DNA of 64,000 nucleotides from Ranitomeya imitator. Its lineage: Eukaryota. The first letter of the stretch is position 1. Every line of letters starts with the position of its first letter. The DNA lies in contig NC_091291.1 of NCBI RefSeq assembly GCF_032444005.1, positions 134,168,001-134,232,000 of the forward strand, in the 5' to 3' direction. The notes beneath the pieces are model-generated. The model was not told the origin of the DNA. It was given only the letters and a program-made list of their open reading frames with translations, and did not search any database. Of the stretch, positions 23,858 through 35,298 are shown in pieces. The translations under genes and the position numbers were made by a program.

Positions 23858-24410
23858 TGTGATGTCACAGCTCACCTCCTCCTGTATAATGACTGATAAC
23901 ACCTCTATATACAGTAGATAACACAGGATCCACCATTCACAATAGGTGATGTCACAGCTCACCTCCTCCTCCTCTACAATGACTGATAACACCTCTATAT
24001 ACAGTAGATAACACAGGATCCACCATTCACAATAGGTGATGTCACAGCTCACCTCCTCCTTCTGTACAATGACTGATAACACCTCTATATACAGTAGATA
24101 ACACATGATCCACCATTCACAATAGATGTCACAGCTCTCCTCCTCCTGTACAATGACTGATAACATCTCTATATACAGTAGATAACACAGGATCCACCAT
24201 TCACAATAGGGGATGTCACAGCTCACCTCCTCCTCCTGTATAATGACTGATAACACCTCTATATACAGTAGATAACACAGGATCCACCATTCACAATAGG
24301 TGATGGCACAGCTCACCTCCTCCTCCTGTACAATGACTGATAACACCTCTATATACAGTAGATAACACAGGATCCACCATTCACAATAGGTGATGTCACA
24401 GCTCACCTCT
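23858..24410. repeat. ~87-90-bp tandem repeat (about 6 copies)
   Basis: Unit GTGATGTCACAGCTCACCTCCTCCTCCTGTACAATGACTGATAACACCTCTATATACAGTAGATAACACAGGATCCACCATTCACAATAG. Confidence 0.95.
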
Positions 24411-25209
24411 TCCCCCTTTCTTCACAATGACCATTCCCAGATTACAGGACACTCAGATTAGAAACTCAGCCGTTTTCCGTATAGAAGATTGTTTGTCGAT
24501 GCTAATGTCCATGTTCCCACTTAGGAAGAATGCATCTAATTTTTGGCCTAGTTTCCAGTACGAAAATTGTAAGTTCTTTTAATATAGATTTTCTTTTATT
24601 AGTGAAATATATTAAAAAAAAACAACAAACCTTAGCAAACATTTTTCATTAAATCAGGTTTTATACAAGAGTCACAAATGACTGATGACAAATTCCGTTT
24701 AAAGCGTAACCGTCGTTTTAATTTTTACTGCATGAATCAATAGTACACATGAAAATAAGCAATTTTTTAATATATGTAATCGAAAAAATCTGCTTCTTTC
24801 TCTGCCAAAATTGATCAGTAATTATCAAAATGTGCAATTCTGGGGTAAAATCTGTATTCAGAAGACAGACTTTCCCATTACTAAGATTGGAGATGACATC
24901 TGCTATGGATACTAGTCTATCCACGATACACTCCCACCCCGACGCGCGTTTCGCCGTAACCTTTGTCATGGGGTTAACCCAAGGTACAGGAAAACAAGCC
25001 AAGCTACAATACCTGACACCATTTATGATCAGGTGTGGTGCTGGTTTTGAAATACAGCAGGCATGATAATCCAGTTGAATTTTCTGGTGCTCCACATCGG
25101 GCTTTGCAGATGGCCTTGAGTGCTTCCATGTGATGAACTGCCAGGGCCTATTTAAGAGCTTATAAGACTCACACCCGAGCCTTGGTATTGAATCTGAGTC
25201 CTTTACGCC

Positions 25210-25650
25210 ACCTGCCTGCCTGCGATTTCCTGACATCCTCCGCCTGCCTGCCATTTCCTGACATCCTCCGCCTGCCATTTCCTGACATCCTCCGCCTGCC
25301 TGCCATTTCCTGACATCCTCCGCCTGCCTGCAGTTTCCTGACATCCTCCACCTGCCTGCAGTTTCCTGACATCCTCCACCTGCCTGCAGTTTCCTGACAT
25401 CCTCCACCTGTCTGCGGTTTCCTGACATCCTCCGCCTGCCTGCAGTTTCCTGACATCCTCCACCTGCCTGCAGTTTCCTGACATCCTCCACCTGCCTGCA
25501 GTTTCCTGACATCCTCCACCTGCCTGCAGTTTCCTGACATCCTCCACCTGTCTGCGGTTTCCTGACATCCTCCGCCTGCCTGCAGTTTCCTGACATCCTC
25601 CACCTGTCTGCGGTTTCCTGACATCCTCCGCCTGCCTGCGGTTTCCAGCA
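25210..25650. repeat. 28-bp minisatellite, possibly within an LTR-like remnant (24964-25788)
   Basis: Unit CCTGACATCCTCCACCTGCCTGCAGTTT, period 28. Surrounding DNA starts TGTCATGG and ends CGTAACA, but no TSD was found. Confidence 0.85.
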
Positions 25651-26341
25651 TTCCAGCTGTCTACCTACGGCTTCCAGTCCCTCTATTGACCAACCTGCTG
25701 TACCAACGCCCCTGGCCCATGTGTCCACCTGAACCTTGGGATTAGATGACCCACCTCACCCAGCGAGTCCCTGTAACTTCTCGTAACAATACATTATAAC
25801 ATAGAACTCCTAGACGTGATGAATTTGTTGTACTCACTGAAAATTCAAGACAAAATATCTGTGTAATGCTGCTATTAAAATGAGCACTTTATGGGTCAAG
25901 GTATCAAGTGAGGAAGCTGCAGCTTGTACCAAGCAGCAGCAGGAAGGTCACTGAGGAGATGTCAATCAGAGTAGGTGGTTGGAGATAAAGCTGGAGGAGA
26001 TTCCACAGGGGGAGGGGGGACACAGAGGAAATATCAATCAGGTTAAGTGGGCAGAGGTTCAGCAGCAGGGGAAGAGAAGCTGATAGGTGAGCGGAAATTC
26101 AGCAGCAGAGAGGGGGGACACTGAGGAGCTGAAGAGACTGACTTTACTCTTTCAAAAACAATTATATTCTCATTCTGATATGAATTATTAAAGTAAGTAT
26201 AGCAGTGACATCAGGTCTAAGTGATCTATTTAATAGCGTATACAGTTCATACAGTGAAATCTGGTGACCGATCCATGTTCACAATTACATTTACTGTACA
26301 TATAGCCAAGAATTAGCTCCAGAATACCAACGAGTTTATAG

Positions 26342-26451
26342 TTAAGAGCTGCCGTAGTCGATCATATAGCAGGATTTGTGTGGAGGTCGGTACTGTGGTG
26401 GATTTAGTTCGGGTTGATGTCCTGGGAAAACATGAGGCTCTCTCCTGAAAA
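26342..26451 (-). CDS. CFAP68: Cilia- and flagella-associated protein 68 (C11orf1 orthologue), last coding exon
   Basis: Acceptor TTTTCAG|; (V)FRREPHVFPGHQPELNPPQYRPPHKSCYMIDYGSS* matches the conserved REPHWFPGHQPEL motif. Phase 1 fits the preceding exon. Confidence 0.9.
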
Positions 26452-27350
26452 CTGAAAATAAAGGAACACTGGAGTTAGCGCCCATACAGACATCAATCAG
26501 TATGTGCTGTATATGTACTGTATATTTCAGGAAACTATGGCCGCTAACTATGGCTCGGCCTGGAGATGCCTCACGATGAGGCATCAGCGCTGACATCGCG
26601 TCATTACCCTATATACTAAACAGAACCCCGGCAACTCCAACACTGGACGCAGCTTTGTCCGAGGCAGAAACGTTATAAATCAAAGATACGGCGGGAGATG
26701 GGTAGAAAGTCAATTCAAGGGGTGACTTACTCCACTACAGTGGGCAGCGGGCAGGCATCTACTCACCCCTGCCTGGATTGCTCGTTACCCTTAGGGTCTA
26801 TTATTTTACCCTTCCAAGTACCAACTTATAATCACAAACCATTGGAAAGACGGGAGCCCTTACCCCAATCTATAAGCTGGTCGCTCGTCTCCATCATGGA
26901 TGGCAGAACGATTTGCCCATGAGTGTGACAAGTGGCCCAGGAAGAGGGTAAGTTGGTGGCTGCCCATTACCCTATATTGTTGAGAAGATAACCCTATATC
27001 TGGGGGCTGCACATTTCTTTTCCATATGTATATATCTGTCCACCACAGCTTTTGGAATTGGGACTATACCAGTGTTCTCCAGTTTAGATGTCCCTTGACT
27101 GTACACATATTGCGTTGGATTGCTTGTCAGCCATGCTGGCCCTTAGGTGTAAGGGTCAGCGGCCCAGAACCAGGAGAGTCTATGATCTCTACCGTTACTT
27201 TGGGATCGCTGTCTCAATGTTCTTACTGGCATTTGTTTTAGGAACCTGAGAAAGGCTCCATATCTCCGGGAAATAAGTGAAAACCCTACATATGAGTATA
27301 TGAAGATATGACCTGATGGGAGAGGTTGGACCCCACGTGCAGTCCTCTAC

Positions 27351-27420
27351 CTTGTCTCTCTGCAGGACCACCATTCCTGAGATAGTCCATGTTATACGAG
27401 GTCTCATAGTAGTGAGCGTA
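27351..27420 (-). CDS. CFAP68: CFAP68, second coding exon
   Basis: Acceptor (T)nCAG|; YAHYYETSYNMDYLRNGGPAERQ+G (70 nt); donor AAG|GTAGAG. Resembles human FGHYFETTYDTSY. Confidence 0.85.
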
Positions 27421-29137
27421 CTGAAAAAAAAAAAAAGATCAAAAGTTTGATTAGTGATCTACCTTGTGATTACATCTGATGCCTCGTTATTTCCCTGACG
27501 CCATGTGTAGTCCTATTCATTTAACCCATGGGGCCACATACAGGACTCATTGATGGACCAACATCCAAAAGGAGGACGTTGTGCTGATTTCGGAAGTTTA
27601 GCTTCTGGTTACTTTTATCTTTCTTTTCCAAGTGTGCCTCTCATGTCTGATAGCTTTTCAGAATGTGTCCTGTGTACACTTCAGGAATAACTATTTCTGC
27701 ATTTTTTCAGCATCTGCAGGATCTGCCTCCCATTTTCAGCCGTCTCTGAGCTAGTGGGCAAAGACTAGCTACTACAGTGTCTGCCATACACCGCACACAC
27801 AGACATGAGGGATTCCTGTTCTCCTGTCTCTGTGTAGCACATGTTCAGCAGCAGCATGGAAGACAATATAAAGCAGCACTGAGCAGTGTAGATGTGCACC
27901 CAGCTCAGGATCAGATATAAAAACTTCTTAAAAAAGAAGTAGCATGGTCACTCTCTGAGCTAATGGGTAGAGACTAGCTGATATGGTGTCTGCCATACAC
28001 AGGACACTCAGATATGAGGGATTTCTGCTCCCCTATCTCTGTGATGCCCATATTCAGAAGCAGCAGCACTGGTATGGAGGACAATATCCTGAAGTACTGA
28101 ACAATGTAGCTGTGAATCCAGCTAAAAAAAAACTGTTAAAGGAGTAGAATGATTGCGCTCTCTGCTCCACCCCTTCTCCATAGACTTTAACCCCTTCCCG
28201 ACCCATGACGCCATGTAGGCGTCATGAAAGTCGGTGCCAATCCGACCCATGACGCCTATGTGGCGTCATGGAAAGATCGCGTCCCTGCAGATCAGGTGAA
28301 AGGGTTAACTCCCATTTCACCCGGCCTGCAGGGACAGGAGGAGTTGTACTTTAGCCCAGGGGGGGTGGCTTCACCCCCCCGTGCCTACGATCGCTCTGAT
28401 TGGCTGTTGAAAGTGAAACTGCCAATCAGAGCGATTTGTAATATTTCACCTATGAAAACTGGTGAAATATTACAATCCAGCCATGGCCGATGCTGCAATA
28501 CCATCGGCCATGGCTGGAAACACTAATGTGCCCCCACCCCACCGATCGCCCCCCCAGCCCTCCGATCTGTCCGGTACACTGCTCCGGCTCCCCTCCGTCC
28601 TGTGCTCCGCTCCCCCCGTGCTCTTCTCCGCTCACCCCCGTGCTCCAATCACCCCCCCGTGCTCCAATCACCCCCCTGCACTCCGATCCACCGCCCCGTG
28701 CTCCGTTCCACCCCCCCGTGCTCCGTTCCACCCCCCCCCCGTGCTCCGTTCCACCCCCCCGTGCTCCGTTCCACCCCCCATGCTCCGATCCCCCCCCCCG
28801 TGCTCCCCCCCCACCCCATCATACTTACCGATCCTGCCGGGGTCCGTCCGTCTTCTCCCCGGGCGCCGCCATCTTCCAAAATGGCGGGCGCATGCGCAGT
28901 GCGCCCGCCGAATCTGCCGGCCGGCAGATTCGTTCCAAGGTGCATTTTGATCACTGAGATATAATCTATCTCAGTGATCAAAATAAAAAAAATAATAAAT
29001 GACCCCCCCCCCTTTGTCACCCCCATAGGTAGGGACAATAAAAAAATAAAGAAATTTTTTTTTTTCCACTAATGTTAGAATAGGGTTAGGGTTAGGGTTA
29101 GGGGTAGGGTTAGGGGTAGGGTTAGGGGTAGGGTTTC

Positions 29138-29466
29138 GGTATGTGCACACGTATTCTGGTCCTCTGGATTTTTCCGCTGCGGATTTGATAAATCCGCAGT
29201 GCTAAACCGCTGCGGATTTACCGCGGTTTTTCTGCGCATTTCACTGCGGTTTTACAACTGCGATTTTCTATTGGAGCAGTTGTAAAACCGCTGCGGAATC
29301 CGCAGAAAGAAGTGACATGCTGCGGAATGTAAACCGCTGCGTTTCCGTGCAGTTTTTCCGCAGCATGTGTACAGCGATTTTTGTTTCCCATAGGTTTACA
29401 TTGAACTGTAAACTCATGGGAAACTGCTGCGGATCCTCAGCGTTTTCCGCAGTGTGTGCACATACC
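29138..29466. mobile_element. Harbinger-type MITE nested in the piggyBac-like element
   Basis: GGTATGTGCACAC ... GTGTGCACATACC inverted ends; TSD degenerate. Confidence 0.6.
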
Positions 29467-29476
29467 TTTAGAATTA

Positions 29477-29834
29477 GGCTATGTGCACACTGTGCGGATT
29501 TGGCTGCGGATTGGCCGCTGCGGATTCGCAGCAGTGTTCCATCAGGTTTACAGTACCATGTAAACCTATGGAAAACCAAATCCGCTGTGCCCATGTTGCG
29601 GAAAATACCGCGCGGAAACGCTGCGTTGTATTTTCCGCAGCATGTCAATTCTTTGTGCGGATTCCGCAGCGTTTTACACCTGTTCCTCAATAGGAATCCG
29701 CAGGTGAAATCTGCACAAAAAACACTGGAAATCCGCGGAAAATCCGCAGGTAAAACGCAGTGCCTTTTACCCGCGGATTTTTCAAAAATGATGCTGAAAA
29801 ATCTCACACGAATCGGCAACGTGGGCACATAGCC
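29477..29834. mobile_element. Harbinger-type MITE nested in the piggyBac-like element
   Basis: TTA|GGCTATGTGCACAC ... GTGGGCACATAGCC|TTA. Confidence 0.75.
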
Positions 29835-29939
29835 TTAGGGTTAGGGTTGGAATTAGGGTTGTGGTTAGGGTTATGGCTACAGTTGGGATTAGGGTTAGGG
29901 GTGTGGGGGGGTTAGTGTTGGAGTTAGAATTGAGGGGTT

Positions 29940-32250
29940 TCCGCTGTTTAGGCACATCAGGGGTCTCCAAACGCAACATGGCGCCACCATTGATTCCAGC
30001 CAATCTCGTATTCAAAAAGTCAAATGGTGCTCCCTCACTTCCGAGCCCCGACGTGTGCCCAAACAGTGGTTTACCCCCACATATGGGGTACCAGCATACT
30101 CAGGACAAACTGCACAACAATTATTGGGGTCCAATTTCTCCTGTTACCCTTGTGAATATAAAAAAATGCTTGCTAAAACATCATTTTTGAGGAAAGAAAA
30201 ATGATTTTTTATTTTCACGGCTCTGCGTTGTAAACGTCTGTGAAGCACTTGGGGGTTCAAAGTGCTCACGACATATCTAGATAAGTTCCTTGGGGGGGTC
30301 TAGTTTCTAAAATGGGGTCACTTGTGGGGGGTTTCTACTGTTTAGGCACACCAGGGGCTCTGCAAACGCAACGTGACGCCCACAGAGCATTCCATCAAAG
30401 TCTGCATTTCAAAAGTCACTACTTCCCTTCTGAGCCCCGACGTGTGCCCAAACAGTGGTTTACCCCCACACATGGGGTATCAGCGTACTCAGGAGAAACT
30501 GGACAACAACTTTTGGGGTCCAACTTCTCCTGTAACCCTTGGGAAAATAAAAAATTCTGGGCTAAATAATTATTTTTGAGGAAAGAAAACGTATTTATTA
30601 TTTTCACGGCTCTGCATTATAAACTTCTGTGAAGCACTTGGGGGTTCAAAGTGCTCACCACACATCTAGATAAGTTCCTTTCGGGGTCTAGTTTCCAAAA
30701 TGGGGTCACTTGTGGGGGGTTTCTACTGTTTAGCCACATCAGGTGCTCTGCAAACGCAACGTGACGCCCACAGACCATTCCATCAAAGTCTGCATTTCTA
30801 AACGTCACTACTTCACTTCCGAGCCCCAGCATGTGCCCAAACAGTAGTTTACCCCCACATATGGGGTATCAGCGTACTCAGGAGAAACTGGACAACAACT
30901 TTTGGGGTCAAATTTCTCCTGTTACCCTTGGGAAAATAAAAAATTGCAGGCTAAAAGATCATTTTTGAGAAAATAATTTTTTTTTTTATTTTCATGGCTC
31001 TGCGTTATAAACTTCTGTGAAGCACTTGGGGGTTCAAAGTCCTCACCACACATCTAGATTAGTTCCTTGGGGGTCTAGTTTCCAAAATGGGGCAATTTCT
31101 CGGGGATCTCCAATGTTTAGGCACACAGGGGCTCTCCAAACGTGACATGGTGTCCGCTAATGATTGGAGCTAATTTTCCATTTAAAAAGCCAAATGGCGT
31201 GCCTTCCCTTCCGAGCCCTGCCGTGCGCCCAAACAGTGGTTTACCCCCACATATGGGGTATCAGCGTACTCAGGACAAACTGTACAACAACATTTGGGGT
31301 CCAATTTCTCCTATTACCCTTGGCAAAATAGGAAATTCCAGGCTAAAAAATCATTTTTGAGGAAAGAAAAATTATTTTTTATTTTCATGGCTCTGCGTTA
31401 TAAACTTCTGTGAAGCACCTGGGGGTTTAAAGTGCTCAATATGCATCTAGATAAGTTCCTTGGGGGGTCTATTTTCCAAAATGGGGTCACTTGTGGGGGA
31501 GCGCCAATGTTTAGGCACACAGGGGCTCTCCAAACGCGACATGGTGTCGCACTAACGATGGAGATAATTTTTCATTCAAAAAGTCAAATGGCGCTCCTTC
31601 CCTTCCGAGCCTTACCATGTGCCCAAACAGTGGTTTACCCCCACATGTGAGGTATTGGTGTACTCAGGAGAAATTGCCCAACAAATTTTAGGATCCATTT
31701 TATCCTGTTGCCCATGTGAAAATGAAAAAATTGAGGCTAAAAGAATTTTTTTGTGAAAAAAAAGTACTTTTTCATTTTTACGGATCAATTTGTGAAGCAC
31801 CTGGGGGTTCAAAGTGCTCACTATGCATCTAGTTAAGTTCCTTGGGGCGTCTAGTTTCCAAAATGGGGTCACTTATGGGGGAGCTCCAATTTTTAGACAC
31901 ACGGGGGCTCTCCAAATGTGACATGGTGTCCACTAAAGAGTGGAGCCAATTTTTCTTTCAAAAAGTCAAATGGCGCTCCTTCCCTTCCAAGCCCTGCCGT
32001 GCGCCCAAACAGTGGTTTACCCCCACATATGAGGTATCAGCGTACTCAGGACAAATTGGACAACAACTTTCGTGGTTCAGTTTCTCCTTTTACCATTGGG
32101 AAAATAAAAAAATTGTTGCTAAAAGATAATTTTTGTGACTAAAAAGTTAAATGTTCATTTTTTCCTTCCATGTTGCTTCTGCTGCTGTGAAGCACCTGAA
32201 GGGTTAATAAACTTCTTGAATGTGGTTTTGAGTACCTTGAGGGGTACAGT
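29940..32250. repeat. ~390-bp tandem repeat (about 6 copies) internal to the piggyBac-like element
   Basis: Marker AAACAGT(G/A)GTTTACCCCCAC recurs near 30061, 30451, 30840, 31231, 31626, 32009. Confidence 0.9.
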
Positions 32251-32964
32251 TTTTAGAATGGTGTCACTTTTGGGTATTTTCAGCCATATAGATCCCTCAA
32301 ACTGACTTCAAATGGGAGGTGGTCCCTAAAAAAAATGGTTTTGTAAATTTCGTTGTAAAAATGAGAAATCGCTGGTCAAATTTTAACCCTTATAACTTCC
32401 TAGCAAAAAAAAATTTTGTTTCCAAAATTGTGCAGATGTAAAGTAAACATGTGGGAAATGTTATTTATTAACTATTCTGTGTCACATAACTCTTCCGTTT
32501 TTATCACAAATAAACGCAGAATTTATTGACCTAAATTTACCACTAACATGAAGCCCAATATGTCGCGAAAAAACAATCTCAGAACCGCTAGGATCCATTG
32601 AAGCGTTCCTGAGTTATTACCTCATAAAGGGACACTGGTCAGAATTGCAAAAAACGGCAAGGTCTTTAAGGTCAAAATAGGCTGGGTCATGAAGGGGTTA
32701 ATAGGCAGCTGCAATCTGATTCCTCACTGAGCGGGCAATCAATGCTGTCTAGAATAATACATATTTTAGCAGTTTTTCTGAGTGAATGAGGCATTCGGGA
32801 GACAAGGACAGGAAATGAAGCAGATTATTATGGCACACTACATGACACTTTCTTATATTTGCTTGTACTATTGATTTACATTAAGTTTTTGGAAACAAAA
32901 GTGACCGTTTAAGAGAAGTAGTGAAATAGGTTCCCCATGGGTCTCGGCCTCCCGTCATCGGTAC

Positions 32965-33168
32965 CTGGGATGGCAGCGGCCTCCGCTGCTCTAGTTTACA
33001 CAGGTCGTAACGCTCCTGGTTCCAGTTCCCTATGAGCGTCTTGTCGCGGTACGCGTCCTCCTGGGTCGTGCACCTCCATCCGTACTGCCGGAATTTGGTC
33101 TCGGGTCTGAGGTCCATCCAAACCTCACCATGGCCGTTTGCTTTAAGATCGGAAGCAAAATGCGACAT
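32965..33168 (-). CDS. CFAP68: CFAP68, first coding exon
   Basis: Acceptor TTCTTCTGCAG|A-ATG; MSHFASDLKANGHGEVWMDLRPETKFRQYGWRCTTQEDAYRDKTLIGNWNQERYDLCKLEQRRPLPSQ; donor CAG|GTACCG. Matches GHGEVW..QYGWRCTT..GNWNQERYDL of C11orf1. Confidence 0.93.
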
Positions 33169-33691
33169 TCTGCAGAAGAAGAAAAGTAAAAGAAGAAAAG
33201 GACGGTATATACATCCCCAGGACGGTATATACATCCCCAGGACGGTATATACATCCCCAGGACGGTATATACATCCCCAGGACGGTATATACATCCCCAG
33301 GACGGTATATACATCCCCAGGACGGTATATACATCCCCAGGACGGTATATACATCCCCAGGACGGTATATACATCCCCAGGACGGTATATTCATCCCCAG
33401 GACGGTATATACATCCCCAGGACGGTATATTCATCCCCAAGACGGTATATACATCCCCAGGACGGTATATTGATCCCCAGGACAGTATATACATCACCAG
33501 GACGGTATATCCATCCCCAGGACGGTATATACATCCCCAGGACGGTATATACATCCCCAGGACGGTATATACATCCCCAGGACGGTATATTCATCCCCAG
33601 GACGGTATATCCATCCCCAGGACGGTATATCCATCCCCAGGACGGTATATTCATCCCCAGGACGGTATATTCATCCCCAGGACGGTATATA

Positions 33692-35298
33692 CAGTGGGGC
33701 AAAAAAGTATTTAGTCAGTCAGCAATAGTGCAAGTTCCACCACTTAAAAAGATGAGAGGCGTCTGTAATTTACATCATAGGTAGACCTCAACTATGGGAG
33801 ACAAACTGAGAAAAAAAAATCCAGAAAATCACATTGTCTGTTTTTTTTAACATTTTATTTGCATATTATGGTGGAAAATAAGTATTTGGTCAGAAACAAA
33901 CAATCAAGATTTCTGGCTCTCACAGACCTGTAACTTCTTCTTTAAGAGTCTCCTCTTTCCTCCACTCATTACCTGTAGTAATGGCACCTGTTTAAACTTG
34001 TTATCAGTATAAAAAGACACCTGTGCACACCCTCAAACAGTCTGACTCCAAACTCCACTATGGTGAAGACCAAAGAGCTGTCAAAGGACACCAGAAACAA
34101 AATTGTAGCCCTGCACCAGGCTGGGAAGACTGAATCTGCAATAGCACACCAGCTTGGAGTGAAGAAATCAACAGTGGGAGCAATAATTAGAAAATGGAAG
34201 ACATACAAGACCACTGATAATCTCCCTCGATCTGGGGCTCCACGCAAAATCCCACCCCGTGGGGTCAGAATGATCACAAGAACGGTGAGCAAAAATCCCA
34301 GAACCACGCGGGGTGACCTAGTGAATGAACTGCAGAGAGCTGGGACCAATGTAACAAGGCCTACCATAAGTAACACACTACGCCACCATGGACTCAGATC
34401 CTGCAGTGCCAGACGTGTCCCACTGCTTAAGCCAGTACATGTCCGGGCCCGTCTGAAGTTTGCTAGAGAGCATTTGGATGATCCAGAGGAGTTTTGGGAG
34501 AATGTCCTATGGTCTGATGAAACCAAACTGGAACTGTTTAGTAGAAACACAACTTGTCGTGTTTGGAGGAAAAAGAATACTGAGTTGCATCCATCAAACA
34601 CCATACCTACTGTAAAGCATGGTGGTGGAAACATCATGCTTTGGGGCTGTTTCTCTGCAAAGGGGCCAGGACGACTGATCCGGGTACATGAAAGAATGAA
34701 TGGGGCCATGTATCGTGAGATTTTGAGTACAAACCTCCTTCCATCAGCAAGGGCATTGAAGATGAAACGTGGCTGGGTCTTTCAACATGACAATGATCCA
34801 AAGCACACCGCCAGGGCAACGAAGGAGTGGCTTCGTAAGAAGCATTTCAAGGTCCTGGAGTGGCCTAGCCAGTCTCTAGATCTCAACCCTATAGAAAACC
34901 TTTGGAGGGAGTTGAAAGTCCGTGTTGCCAAGCGAAAAGCCAAAAACATCACTGCTCTAGAGGAGATCTGCATGGAGGAATGGGCCAACATACCAACAAC
35001 AGTGTGTGGCAACCTTGTGAAGACTTACAGAAAACGTTTGACCTCTGTCATTGCCAACAAAGGATATATTACAAAGTATTGAGATGAAATTTTGTTTCTG
35101 ACCAAATACTTATTTTCCACCATAATATGCAAATAAAATGATAAAAAAACAGACAATGTGATTTTCTGGATTTTTTTTTCTCAGTTTGTCTCCCATAGTT
35201 GAGGTCTACCTATGATGTAAATTACAGACGCCTCTCATCTTTTTAAGTGGTGGAACTTGCACTATTGCTGACTGACTAAATACTTTTTTGCCCCACTG
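33692..35298 (+). mobile_element. Full-length Tc1-family IR/DR transposon (probably Passport/Eagle-Glan-like)
   Basis: TA|CAGTGGGGCAAAAAAGTATTTAGTCAG ... |TA. TIRs 33692-33900 and 35091-35298 differ at only about 1-2 positions, with outer and inner DRs (AAGTATTT(A/G)GTCAG). Family assignment is from memory. Confidence 0.95.
34060..35082 (+). CDS. Tc1 transposase, 340 aa, uninterrupted
   Basis: Paired HTH N-terminus, GAPR linker, WSDETK / HDNDPKH / NPIEN with 34 residues between the second D and E (DD34E), ends KGYITKY*. Confidence 0.95.
   Translation: MVKTKELSKDTRNKIVALHQAGKTESAIAHQLGVKKSTVGAIIRKWKTYKTTDNLPRSGAPRKIPPRGVRMITRTVSKNPRTTRGDLVNELQRAGTNVTRPTISNTLRHHGLRSCSARRVPLLKPVHVRARLKFAREHLDDPEEFWENVLWSDETKLELFSRNTTCRVWRKKNTELHPSNTIPTVKHGGGNIMLWGCFSAKGPGRLIRVHERMNGAMYREILSTNLLPSARALKMKRGWVFQHDNDPKHTARATKEWLRKKHFKVLEWPSQSLDLNPIENLWRELKVRVAKRKAKNITALEEICMEEWANIPTTVCGNLVKTYRKRLTSVIANKGYITKY

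Larger units (their letters stand above)
28191..32697. mobile_element. 4.5-kb non-autonomous piggyBac-like element
   Basis: TTAA|CCCCTTCCCGACCCA ... TGGGTCATGAAGGGG|TTAA (13/15 TIR match, TTAA TSD). No transposase ORF. Confidence 0.75.

Noticed and set aside
24964-25788. Third solo LTR (TGTCATGG...CGTAACA with TATTTAA and a CT-rich repeat)
   Set aside because: No TSD found, and the left end overlaps the hammerhead-like motif; not called as a separate element.
27235-27290. Possible extra CFAP68 exon (TAG|...|GTAAGA, FTYFPEIWSLSQVPKTNA)
   Set aside because: No resemblance to C11orf1, and the 27351-27420 exon already joins the last exon in the right phase.
29080-29905. TTAGGG repeats as a true or fused telomere
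   Set aside because: Short, degenerate, and enclosed in a TTAA-flanked element inside an intron.
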